A stretch of DNA of 64,000 nucleotides. Origin: Mobula hypostoma. Its lineage: Eukaryota. Below, piece by piece: positions 12,801 through 22,572 of the stretch; positions within the stretch are counted from its first letter, which is position 1, and every line of letters starts with the position of its first letter. Under the pieces are notes generated by a model. That model searched no databases. It was not told the origin of the DNA and saw only the letters and a program-made list of their open reading frames with translations. A program made the translations under genes and the position numbers. The DNA lies in NCBI RefSeq assembly GCF_963921235.1, contig NC_086108.1, positions 74,154,001-74,218,000 of the forward strand, in the 5' to 3' direction.

Positions 12801-13081
12801 ATTTTATATATAATAAACTGTTGAATATGATGCTGAAACTACTCATTAACAATCAAATAATTCTTTGTGTGCAGATGTATAGGAATGGAAGGGACTTCTG
12901 TGAGAGCATTTGGGGTACATCTCTGAAAGTGGCTTCATGCCCTTGTCACTGTCTGATGCTGGATGATGATGATAACAATGTGGTCCAGCACTTGCAGTCC
13001 CACAGCGAAGAAACGTCAGACTGCACAGAAACATCCAGACAGAGATGCTTTTTGTCAGCAGCGGCAGGGGGGTCTGCATGA
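757..13081 (+). CDS. RBP: Riboflavin-binding protein-like (RfBP/folate receptor family), 3' part: join(757..885,4157..4265,12875..13081); 5' exons lie upstream of the window
   Basis: The spliced product CEEYMKKVDCFYYCSP...VPVCKSFCDDW/YAACRNDRTCVRNWLTDWEWNDQGNHCRNECVPYHE/MYRNGRDFCESIWGTSLKV...CHC aligns by eye with chicken RfBP as recalled (CEDFTKKIECFYRCSP...LCQSFCDDWYEACKDDSICAHNWLTDW...HCKSKCVPYSEMYANGTDMCQSMWG). All junctions are AG/GT with compatible phases. No GPI-type hydrophobic tail. Confidence 0.88.
1503..2700 (-). mobile_element. 5'-truncated, frameshifted CR1 LINE (RT C-terminal half and 3' UTR)
   Basis: ORFs 2116-2472 and 1556-2155 (GPLFVVYINDLD, KFVDDTK, YCVQFWS, RRLRGDLIE, FFTHRVV). 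Confidence 0.9.
3950..4110 (-). mobile_element. Short Penelope-LTR-derived repeat carrying a hammerhead ribozyme
   Basis: Same unit as the terminal repeat of the Penelope element at 18067-18170; near-identical to the copy at 12072-12171. Confidence 0.8.
4047..4084 (-). ncRNA. Minimal type I hammerhead ribozyme motif (GUC cleavage triplet)
   Basis: Minus strand reads UAGUC-CUGACGA-A-GGG-ucucgg-CCU-GAAAC-GUC-GACUG. It has stem I, the CUGAnGA core, stem II, GAAA, palindromic ACGU stem III and an NUH triplet. Confidence 0.75.
4157..4265 (+). CDS. RBP: RfBP-like internal exon (109 nt, phase 2-0)
   Basis: caacag|G TAT GCA GCT TGT...CAT GAG|gtaag; encodes (W)YAACRNDRTCVRNWLTDW...HCRNECVPYHE. Not present in the ORF track. 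Confidence 0.9.
4813..5300 (-). mobile_element. Rex1/Babar-like LINE 3' fragment with (TATC)n tail
   Basis: ORF 4991-5254 (VVCWG...RLNKLIRKAGSVIG...HPL...RLRQLRC..RY.RSF). The same 3' end recurs at 28270-28505. Confidence 0.7.
6993..7685 (-). mobile_element. CR1 LINE 3' fragment
   Basis: ORFs 7353-7670 and 7075-7359 (ALVR..LEY..QFWAP, TRGHSL, FFSQRVVNLWN); short-repeat tail. Confidence 0.9.
8094..8184 (-). mobile_element. Penelope-derived short repeat with mutated hammerhead core
   Basis: Minus strand CTGCCGAAGGGTCTTGGCCTGAAACGTCAACTG; core CUGA is changed to CUGC. Confidence 0.7.
8285..10905 (+). mobile_element. Rex1/Babar-like LINE 3' end split by a Penelope insertion (pieces 8285-8379 and 10635-10905)
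   Basis: RYSSLRTHTIRFSNSY.PST.RLLN remnant; the 3' UTR resumes after the duplicated AGGGGATAA. Confidence 0.7.
8380..10634 (+). mobile_element. Penelope-like element (Poseidon-type), decayed, with inverted 5' pseudo-LTR and 9-bp TSD
   Basis: Remnants VLAKGLKF, ILPADK, SFNVVSLFTRVP, AMGS and GIY-YIG GVYRIPCECGAAYIGQTGR...KEH. 8386-8987 is the reverse complement of about 10270-10595. AGGGGATAA occurs at 8371-8379 and 10635-10643. Confidence 0.85.
12072..12252. mobile_element. Palindromic dimer of the Penelope-derived hammerhead repeat, 12-bp TSD
   Basis: Perfect 66-bp inverted arms 12106-12171 and 12187-12252 with a 15-nt loop. ATCAAATACCAG occurs at 12060-12071 and 12253-12264. Confidence 0.9.
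12875..13081 (+). CDS. RBP: RfBP-like last coding exon
   Basis: tgtgcag|ATG TAT AGG AAT GGA...; MYRNGRDFCESIWGTSLKVASCPCHCLMLDDDDNNVVQHLQSHSEETSDCTETSRQRC...*. Confidence 0.88.
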   Translation: MYRNGRDFCESIWGTSLKVASCPCHCLMLDDDDNNVVQHLQSHSEETSDCTETSRQRCFLSAAAGGSA

Positions 13082-13474
13082 CAGGAGAAGGAATTAACAG
13101 GTACAAAATAGTAGAAGGACAACATTTGCAGAATGGTAATATATTCAAATGAATTCTTTGCGACATCGGATGAAAATGTATCTATGCACATCCTGCAGCT
13201 TGTTAAACAGATAAAATTCAGCGTTCACCAGCAAAGTTTGGCCTTAGCTCACTGTACTTTAAATAATGCTTTGGGTTTTTTTTTTGCCCTTTTGTATCTG
13301 AATTAGTTACAAGTAATGAATCAGATATATGCAACAGTTCTAACCTCCTACATTGGAGTTACTTTTGATTCCTCTTTCATAAGCTTTCAGCCGATTTTTC
13401 CGTCAAATCATTTAGAAGCGTTGGTCAGACGATATCTTTGCTCACCAGCTTATCTATGATGGTCTTTATTTTCC

Positions 13475-16090
13475 ATAAGACCATTGCATATTGGAGCAGA
13501 ATTATCCCTTTCGGCCCATTGAATCTGCTCTGCTATTCCACCATGGCTGATTTAATATCCCTCTCACCACTGTTCTTTTGCCTTCCCCCTGCAACCTTTG
13601 ATACTCTTACTAATCAAGAACCTATCAAACTCTGCTTTAAATGTACCCAATGACGGCCTCCAAAGCCTTCTGTGGCAATGAATTCCATAGATTCACCACA
13701 CTCTGGGTAAAAAAAATCCTCCTCATCTCTGTTCTAAAGGGGCGTCCCACTATTCTGAGGCTGTGTCCACTGGTCTTAGACTCCCCCCATTAAAGGATAT
13801 ATTCTCTCCACATCCACTCTATCTCAGCCTTTTAATATTCTAAAAGTTTCAATGAGATTCCCCCCTCATTCTTCTAATCTCCATCATGTACAGATCCAGA
13901 GCCATCACACGCTACCAATATATTAACTCTTTCATTCCCAGAATGATTCTCGTGAACCTCTTCTGGATCCTCTCCAATGCCAATACATCATTTCTCACAA
14001 TACTCCGTGCAGTCTGACCAATGCCTTATAAAGACTCAGCATTACATCCTTGCTTTTATATTCTAGTTCTCTGAAAATGAATGCTCACATTGCATTTGCC
14101 TTCCTTACTACTGACTTAATTTGCAAGTTAACCTTTAGAGAAACCTGCATGAGGACACCCAAGTCCCTTTGCACCTCTGATTTCAGAATTTTCTCCCCAT
14201 TTAGAAAATAGTCTATCTTTTTATCCATTCTACCAAAGTGGTTGACCAGACACTTCCCTACACTATACTCCATTTGCCACTTCTTTGCCCATTCTCCTAA
14301 TCTGTCTAAGTCCTTTTGCAGATTCTCAACACAACCCCCCCCCCCATCTATCTTCATATCATCCACAAACTTGGCCACAAAGTTAACTATTTCATCACTA
14401 ACATATGACATGAAAAAAAGCAGTCCCAACACTGACCACTGTGAAACACCACAAGTCACCAGCAACCAGCAAGAAAAGGCCCCTTTATTCACAGTCTTTG
14501 ACTCCTGCCAGTCAGCCAATCTTCTATCCATGTTAGAATCTTTCATGTAATACAGTGGGTTCTTATCTTGTTTAGGAGCCTCGTGAGCTGCACCTTGTCA
14601 AGGCCTTCTGAAAATCCAAGTAAACAACATCCACTGACTCTCTTTGCCTATCCTGCCTGTTATTTCCTCAAAGAGTTCCAACAGGCAAGACTTTTCATTA
14701 AAGAAACTATGCTGACTTTGGTCTATTTTATCATGTGCCTCCAAGTACTCCAAAACCTCATCCTTAATAATGGACTCCAACATATTCTCAATCACTGAAG
14801 TCAGACTAACTAGCCTATAGTGTCTTTGGCTTTGTCCCCCTCCTTTATTAAAAAATAGAGTAACATTTGCAATCTTCCAGTCCTCCAGAACCTTTCCAGA
14901 ATCTAGTGATACTTGAAAAATCACTACTAGTGCCTTCACAGTCTTTTCAGCTACCTCTTTCAGAACCCTGGGGCAAAGTGTACCTGGTCCAGGTTACTTA
15001 TCTACCTTCAGACCTTTCAGCTTCCCCAGCACCTTCCCCTTAGTGATAGCAACAACACTCACTTCTGCCCCGACACCCCTGAATTTCTAGCATACTGCTG
15101 TTGTCTTCCACAGTGATTACTGACACAAAATACATATTCAGTTTGTTTGCCATTTCTTTGTCCCTTATTTCTACCTATCCAACATAAATTTTCAGCAATC
15201 CAATATCCACTTTTGCCTCTTTTTTACTCTTTATACATCTGAAAAAAACTTTTTGTGTCCTCTTTTATGTTATTGGTTTGCTTCCCTTCATACAGTATTT
15301 CATCTTTTGTTTCCTTATTTATTTTCATTTGCTTTCTGTTGGTTTTTAAAAGCTTCCTAATCCTATAATTTCCTACCTATTTTGGCTATATTTTATGCCC
15401 TCTCTTTTGCTTTTATACTGTCTTTGACTTCCCTTGTCAGCTACAGTTGCCCCATTCTCCCTTTAGGATACTTCATCTTTGGGATGTATCTATCCTGCAC
15501 ATTCTGAATTGCTCCTGGAAATGCCAGCCACTGCTGTTCTGCCGTCATTCCTACTAGAGTCCGTTTCCAGTCAACTTTGGCCAGCTCCTCTTACACACGT
15601 CTGTAATTCCCTTTATTCCACTGTAATACTGCCCCACCTGATTTTAGCTTCTCACTTTCAAACTGCAAGGTGAATTCTATCATATTATGGTCACTGCCCC
15701 CTAAGGATTCATTTACCTTAATTCCCTAATCAAATCTGGTTCATGACACAACACCCAATCCAGAATTGCCTTTTCTCTGATTGACTCAACCACTAACTGC
15801 ACTAAAAAGCCATCTTGTAGGTGTTCTACAAATGCCCTCTCTTGAGATTGAGCACCAATCAGATTTTCCCAATGTACCTGCTTATTAAAATCCCACTTGA
15901 GTATTATAACATTGCCCATTTTAAACATCTTTTCCATGTCCCATTGTAATTTGTATATCACATTCTGGCTACTGTTCGGGGGGCTGTATATAACTTGATG
16001 GGAACTGCCCTTTTACTCTGGCAGTTTCTTAACTCCACTAACAAAGACTCTACATCTTCCAATTGTATGTCACTTCTTTCTAAGGATTTG
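13475..16090 (-). mobile_element. Decayed CR1 LINE, about 2.6 kb (part of EN, RT, 3' UTR)
   Basis: ORF fragments 15713-15961 (DFN..W...AILDWVL), 14598-14939 (DWKIANVT...YRLVSLTSV), 14085-14546 (KFVDDMK). Confidence 0.9.
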
Positions 16091-18124
16091 ATTTCTTTTT
16101 ATTTTTCCACTGACATATAGCTATCTCTTGCCAGATAGTTAAGACATATACTTTCCCTGATGTGTATGTATGAAAATGAGACAGAAGGTAGACTGCTTAA
16201 TATCAAAAAGAAACAATTCCTATTGTTTTATGTTACTGCAGAATGCAGGTTTACTCTATATTTTATTATGTGCTGTCTGCAGGATGTGCATAGCTAGACT
16301 TCAATGAAGGTGGCAAAGAAGTAATTTGAAAATCTATCAGCTCGCTTTTCAACTGCAACATTTGGCGTACTTTCAGCAAAGAATTTGAAGCAGTTCTGAG
16401 GGGAATCTGGGCCATTATGTTAATTGATAAGATTTTAAAAAGTACTGTGAATGTTAGAAACTTGAAATGAAAGCAAAAATTGCTGTAAGTAATAAACAGA
16501 TGAGGTAGCATTGGTGCAGAGAGAAAATGGGTTCTCATTTCAATTCATTCACTATGTTGAAACTTTAACTCTGTTTCTCACTCCACACATGCTTTTTGAG
16601 TTGCTGACTGCTTCTGGCTTCCTGTGGTTTTGTTTATGACAGTCAACAACATTTTAAAGTGATTTATTTTGATTTAGTTCATAGGTTAATAGAAGCAATG
16701 GCTGAACTATCTTTGCTCATTCAGTGAGTTAGCAGAGAATCACTTCTGAACTTGGCAATTTTCAAGCAACTATTATGGCAATTTGTTGACCTTAAATTGG
16801 GATATAATTGAGACATTAATTCACAGCTTTCTTCTGGACTTATACTTCCTGAGTCAAAGCATGCTTTTGATTACTTTTATTAAATTTGTACAAGATTGAC
16901 TGAGACCTTAATCAAAGTTATTCATATCTTTAACTTACAGCATAGAAGATCTGAGGACATTCCTATCCAGGAAATTTTTTGAAAAATCAAGAATAATGGT
17001 TTGAAAAATGTAACATTTCTACCATCAAATAAACAAAGTCAAGAAAAACTTTTTACTTTATTGACTCTTTGATTATTACATTTTACTTTCCCCAAGCAGT
17101 AAGGCTGAACAACACCTCCACCCACTAACTCACCCCACTACTTTATCATTTCCCGACAGTCATCTTATGTACAGACACTCCTGTACCTAGCTTCACTTTA
17201 TGTTCATACAATCAATGTATATATACAAACTTGCATATTTATTTTTAATGCATTTTTCTAAATTATTGTGTTTTTATCTTATTGTTTTTTTATGCTGCAT
17301 CAGATCCGGAGTAAAAATTATTTTGTTCTCATTTACACTTGTGTACTGGAAATGACATTAAACAATCTTGAATCTTAAACAATTTCAACATATTGCTCAC
17401 CTTAGACACTCACCCAGTCCTGAATTCATCCAAAAATCTGCTGCCTGCATCAGGTTTCACCACTGCGCTTCCCAGCTAACACTGATCAGAACGTAGAACA
17501 TAGAAAATCTACAGCACGTTACAGGCCCTTCGGTCCACAATGTTGTGCCCACCATGTAACCCACTCTAGAAGTTGCCTACAATTTTCCTACCACTTAGTG
17601 CCCTATTTTACTAGGCTCCATGTACCTCTCTAAGAGTCTCTTAAAAGACACTATTGTATCTGCCTCTACCACCTTCGCTGGCGGCCCATTCCACACACCC
17701 ACCACTCTCTGTGTGGAAAAACTTACCTCTGACATCCCCCCTTCCACCCACTTCCAAGCACCTTAAAACTATGACCCCTCGTGTTAACCATTTCAGCCCT
17801 GGGAAAGAGCCACTGACTATCCACACGATCAATGCCTCTCATCATCTCATACACCTCTGTCAGGTCACCTCTCATCCTCCATCGCTCCAAGAAGAAAAGG
17901 CCAAGTCCACTCAACCTATTCTCATAAGGCATGACCCCCCGCCCCCAATCCAGGCAACATCCTTGTAAATCTCCTCTGCAACCTTTCTATGGTTTCCACA
18001 CCCTTCCTGTAGTGAGGCGACCAGAACTGAGCACAGTACTCCAAGTGGAGTCTGACCAGGGTCCTAGCAACACTCACAAAACGCTGGAGGAACTCCGCAG
18101 TTCGGGCAGCATCCGTGGAAACGA

Positions 18125-18164
18125 TCAGTCAACGTTTCGGGCCGGAACCCTTCGTCAGGACTGA
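18125..18164 (-). ncRNA. Minimal type I hammerhead ribozyme motif in the Penelope terminal repeat (GUU triplet)
   Basis: Minus strand UCAGUC-CUGACGA-A-GGG-uuccgg-CCC-GAAAC-GUU-GACUGA; perfect 6-bp stem I and 3-bp stem II. Confidence 0.75.
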
Positions 18165-18991
18165 AGAGGGAAGGGGCAGAGGCCCTATAAAGAAGGTGGG
18201 GGGAGGGTGGAAGGAGAAGGCTGGTAGGTTCCAGGTGAAAAACCAGTAAGGGGAAAGATAAAGGGGTGGGGGAGGGGAAGCAGAGAGGTGATGGGCAGGA
18301 AAGGTGAAGAAGGAATAGGGGAAAACACAATGGGTAGTAGAAGGAGGCGGAACCATGAGAAAGGTGATAGGCAGCTAGGGGAGGGGGCAGAGTGAAATAG
18401 GGATAGGGGAAGGGAGGGGGAGGGAATCACCGGAAGTTGGAGAATTCTATGTTCATACCAAGGGGCTGGAGACTACCTAGACGGTATATGAGGTGTTGCT
18501 CCTCCAACCTGAGTTTGGCCTCATCATGGCAGTAGAGGAGGCCACGTATGGACATATCCGAATGGGAATGGGAAGCAGAGTTGAAGTGGGTGGCTACCGG
18601 GAGATCCTGTCTGTTGTGGCAGATGGAGTGGAGGTGCTCGACGAAGCGGTCCCCCAATCTGCGTCGGGTTTCACAGATGTAGAGGAGGCCGCACCGGGAG
18701 ACCGGATGCAATAGATGACCCCAACAGACTCACAAGTGAAGTGTTGCCTCACTTGGAAGGACTGTTTGGGGCCCTGAATGGTGGCAAGAGAGGAGGTGTA
18801 GGGACAGGTGTAGCACTTACGCTTACAGGGATAAGTGCTGGGTGGGAGATCCGTGGGGAGGGACCTGTGGATCAGGGAGTCGCGGAGGGACCGATCCCTG
18901 CAGAAAGCGGAGAGGGGTGGAGAGGGAAAGATGTGCTTAGTGGTGGAGTCCTGTTGAAGGTGGCGGAAGCTGTGGAGGATAATGTGCTGGA

Positions 18992-19131
18992 TGTGATGTA
19001 TTGTGTGAGTATTCGTAGCGTCAAGAGTGCGTATGACGTCAGGACTTGGAAAAGGGTTTTAAAAATGGAAGTCTGGTGAATAAACAGGGTTGTTCAATCT
19101 ACAGCGGTGTCCGAGTCACATCAATATTACA
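18992..19131 (+). repeat. Gypsy 5' LTR (140 bp)
   Basis: TGTGATG...ATTACA; differs from the 3' LTR by 4 substitutions and 1 indel; contains TGACGTCA (19034-19041) and AATAAA. Confidence 0.95.
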
Positions 19132-19143
19132 TGGTGTCAGAAG
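19132..19143 (+). other. Primer-binding site, tRNA-Leu type
   Basis: TGGTGTCAGAAG directly after the LTR is complementary to the recalled tRNA-Leu(CAA) 3' end ...CUUCUGACACCA. Confidence 0.8.
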
Positions 19144-22100
19144 AAAAAGCGAAAAATAAAAAGGAAGAGAAGACACGTAAAAGATGTCACAGTTACAGAT
19201 ACTGTAGCCTACAAGGTAAATCTTGCTGAAAACTGGAAAATATGGATCCAGAAGTTTGAGCTGTTTTGCACCGCTAGCAGCCTAGCTGAAAAGACGGAGA
19301 AAGTGCAATGTAATGTCGGCAGAAGCATTCAACTCACTGGACATCAGAGGAAGACTGGAAAAATCCACCTGCAAGCTTGTTGCATATTTCGGCCACGAGA
19401 TGGCGCCACTGGGCAAAAAAGCACTCACCTGTGTATACTAAGGTAAAAAATACAAGATCGAGTTTGAAATAGTACAACAACATGTTTCAGCAATACTGGG
19501 CAAAGCAACATGCACAAAGCTAGGCCTGGTGAAGCAAATCTATGGTGTTAAAAAAGAAAATTACATTCTCAAAGACTTTGATGACTTGTTTTCTGGATAA
19601 GGATGTTTACCAGGAAAACACCATATCAAGATTGATCCAACTATTTCACCAGTCGTGCATGCCCCGAGAAAGATTCCAGTAGCTCTCAGGGATCAAGTAG
19701 TGGAGGAGCTACACAGAATGGAACAGATGGGAGTCATAACAAGACAAATAGAACCGACCGACTGGGTGAATAGTATGGTGACAGTGGTCACAGAAAAAAA
19801 GACGAGGATTTGCATGGATCCACAAGATCTCAACCAAGCCACCAAAAGAGAGCACTATCCGCTGCTCACGGTTGAAGAGGTTGTCTCCCGCATGCCTAAT
19901 GCAAAATACTTTTCAGTATTAGACGCAAATCAAGGCTTCTGGCAGATCAAGCTGGATGAAGAAAGTTCCAAATTATGCACTTTCAACACGCCCATAGGGA
20001 GATATCATTTCCTGCATCTACCCTTTGGGATTTCTTCTGCATCAGAGGTATTCCAGAGATCCGTGGCACAAATGATTGAAGACCTGGACGGGGTGGTCAG
20101 CATCATTGATGATTTGCTGATATGGGGTGACACAAATGAGGAACATGATCAGAGACTGAGGAAGCTCCTGGAGAGAGCACATGAGTACAGCCTAAAACTG
20201 AACAAAAGTAAATGTAAGATCAGAACTACAGAGATCAAATACATAGCTCAGCGCTGATGGGCTAAAACCAGATGATGAAAAGGTCAGAGCTGTGGTACAG
20301 CTACCACCACCCAAAGACAAGCAAGGTTCATGGGCATGCTACAGTATCTTGCCAAATTCATTCCCAACTTATCAGAGGTCAGCGCTCCACTCCGAAAGCT
20401 ACTAGAGAGCAACACTGAATGGCATTGGGAAGACAAACAAAAGAAAAGTTTTGACACATTGAAGCAGTTGGTTATCAATGTACCAGCACTCAAGTTCTAT
20501 GATGTCAATAAACCGGTGACAATGTCTGTGGATGCCAGTTCGCAGGGAATAGGAGCTGTTATACTGCAGGATGGGAGGCCTGTGGCATATGGATCACGAG
20601 CACTTACGCTCAAATCTAGAAGGAATTACTTGCCATAATTCATGGGTGTGAGAAATTCCACCAATATGTATATGGCAAAGAAATCCAGGTTGAGAGTGAT
20701 CATAAACCACTTGACAGCATCTTCAAAAAGCCACTCCACCAAGCTCCTATGAGACTGCAAAGGATGCTTCTCAGGCTACAGAGGTACACGCTCACAGTCA
20801 CCTAGAAGCCAGGAAAAGAACTGCACATTGCTGATGCTGTGAGCTGTGCTTACCTCAAAGAGCAAAAGGAAGAGTTGCTAGGAAGAGAGCTGGAGGTCAA
20901 CTGGGTTACACCTCAGCTACCCATCTCTGAGAAGAAGTTGAACATGTTCAGGAAAGCGACTGCAGATGATCCTGAAATGCGAATGCTAAGAGACATTACA
21001 ATGAATGGATGGCCAGCAGAAAGAAAAGATGTTCCAAAGGAAATACAGAAACACTGGACATTTAAAGAGGAAATCAGCTATGCATCAGGACTAATGTTTA
21101 AAACGGCAAAGCTCATCATACCAAACCAAATGAGACAGGAAATGCTTAACAAAATTCATGAGTCACACCTGGGGATAGTGAAATGTAAAGAAAGAGCAAG
21201 GGACATTCTCTATTGGCCAGGCATGTCAACTCAGATAGAGGACATTGTGTGTCAGTGTGCTGTCTGTAATGAAAACAAAAACAGCAATCCAAGAGAGCCT
21301 CTGCTTCCCCATCCACTACCAGGAAGACCACAGGATAAGAATGGCACAGATCTCTTTCACTACAATGGTACAGAATATCTGCTTTGTGTGGACTACTATT
21401 CAAAATATCCGGAGATCACCAAGTTAAATCCAGTCGAGGTGTCATTACCACAATGAAGTCGACATTCGCAAGACATGGTATTCCAGATATTGTCGTTAGT
21501 GACAATGGTCCACAATATGCCAGTGGTGAGTTCAGAGGGTTCTCAGAAAGCTGGGAATTTCAACATGTTACTTGCAGTCCAGGGCACACCCAGTCTAATG
21601 GACAAGCAGAGAGAACTGTACAAACTGTCAAGAACATGCTCAAGAAGGCACATAGAGCAACGGTGACCCTTGCATTGCTCTGCTTGAATACCACAACACA
21701 CCGATTGAGGGTGTGGGGTTCTGTCCTGCGCACCTGTTGACGGGACGTCATCTGAAGTCCAAACTGCCAACATCCACAACTCTACTGACTCCTGAAGGTA
21801 ATGCTCAAGTACAGGACAAGCAGAAGTACAAGCAAATAAAGCAAAAGAGCTACTATGACTGACATACAAGACAGTTGCCAGATCTGCATACAGGTGAAAA
21901 TGTCAGAATACAGAGAGGAGACACTTGGCAACCAGCTGTGGTTGTGAACAGACATCAGCAACCAAGATCCTTCATAGTTCACACGCCGGATGGAGGAGTC
22001 TACAGGAGGAACAGGAAGCATCTGCTGAAGACAGGCGAGAGGGTGTTTCCACGTACAGATGCACAGGACATTTCCACAGATACAGACATGGAAACAAACG

Positions 22101-22433
22101 ACACCAAGAGTGATGCAGACCACAGAGAGACAGAGGCCACTCAAGAGACTGACACGGATGAAGGACAAACACAGTCACAGTTGTATCACACACGGTCTGG
22201 GAGACAAGTCAAACGTCCAGCTAGATACAGAGACTAATGAAAGGTTTATTAGTCTATGTTAGTAAAAGAAAATACACTGCTGTTAGTATTGTAAGATACA
22301 ATGCAGAATACAGTACAGGAAGGTAAGATTTTTTTTTAGTTTATGTCATAGTTGTTGCACTGTAAGAAGGGCACACCTAGAGGCATTGTTTTGGTAATTC
22401 ACAGTTTTGTAAAGAAAATCTTGAGAAGGGGGA

Positions 22434-22572
22434 TGTAATGTATTGTGTGAGTATTCGTAGCGTCAGAGTGCGTATGGCGTCAGGACGTGGAAAAGGGTTT
22501 TAAAAATGGAAGTCTGGTGAATAAACGGGGTTGTTCAATCTACAGCGGTGTCCGAGTCACATCAATATTACA
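22434..22572 (+). repeat. Gypsy 3' LTR (139 bp) preceded by polypurine tract
   Basis: GAGAAGGGGGA (22423-22433), then TGTAATG...ATTACA. Confidence 0.95.

Larger units (their letters stand above)
18992..22572 (+). mobile_element. Ty3/Gypsy (Mag-type) LTR retrotransposon, internally deleted and frameshifted
   Basis: Two TG...CA LTRs, PBS, PPT, RT (19655-20257: FSVLDANQGFWQI, LPFG, IIDDLLI), RNase H (DASSQGIGAV), integrase (HESHLG..C, SDNGPQY, QSNGQAER) and C-terminal TRSGRQVKRPARY. Domain order is RT-RH-IN. Confidence 0.95.

Noticed and set aside
18129..18430. Pro/Ser/Leu-rich ORFs
   Set aside because: Translation of the pyrimidine-rich Penelope 3' region; low-complexity artefact.
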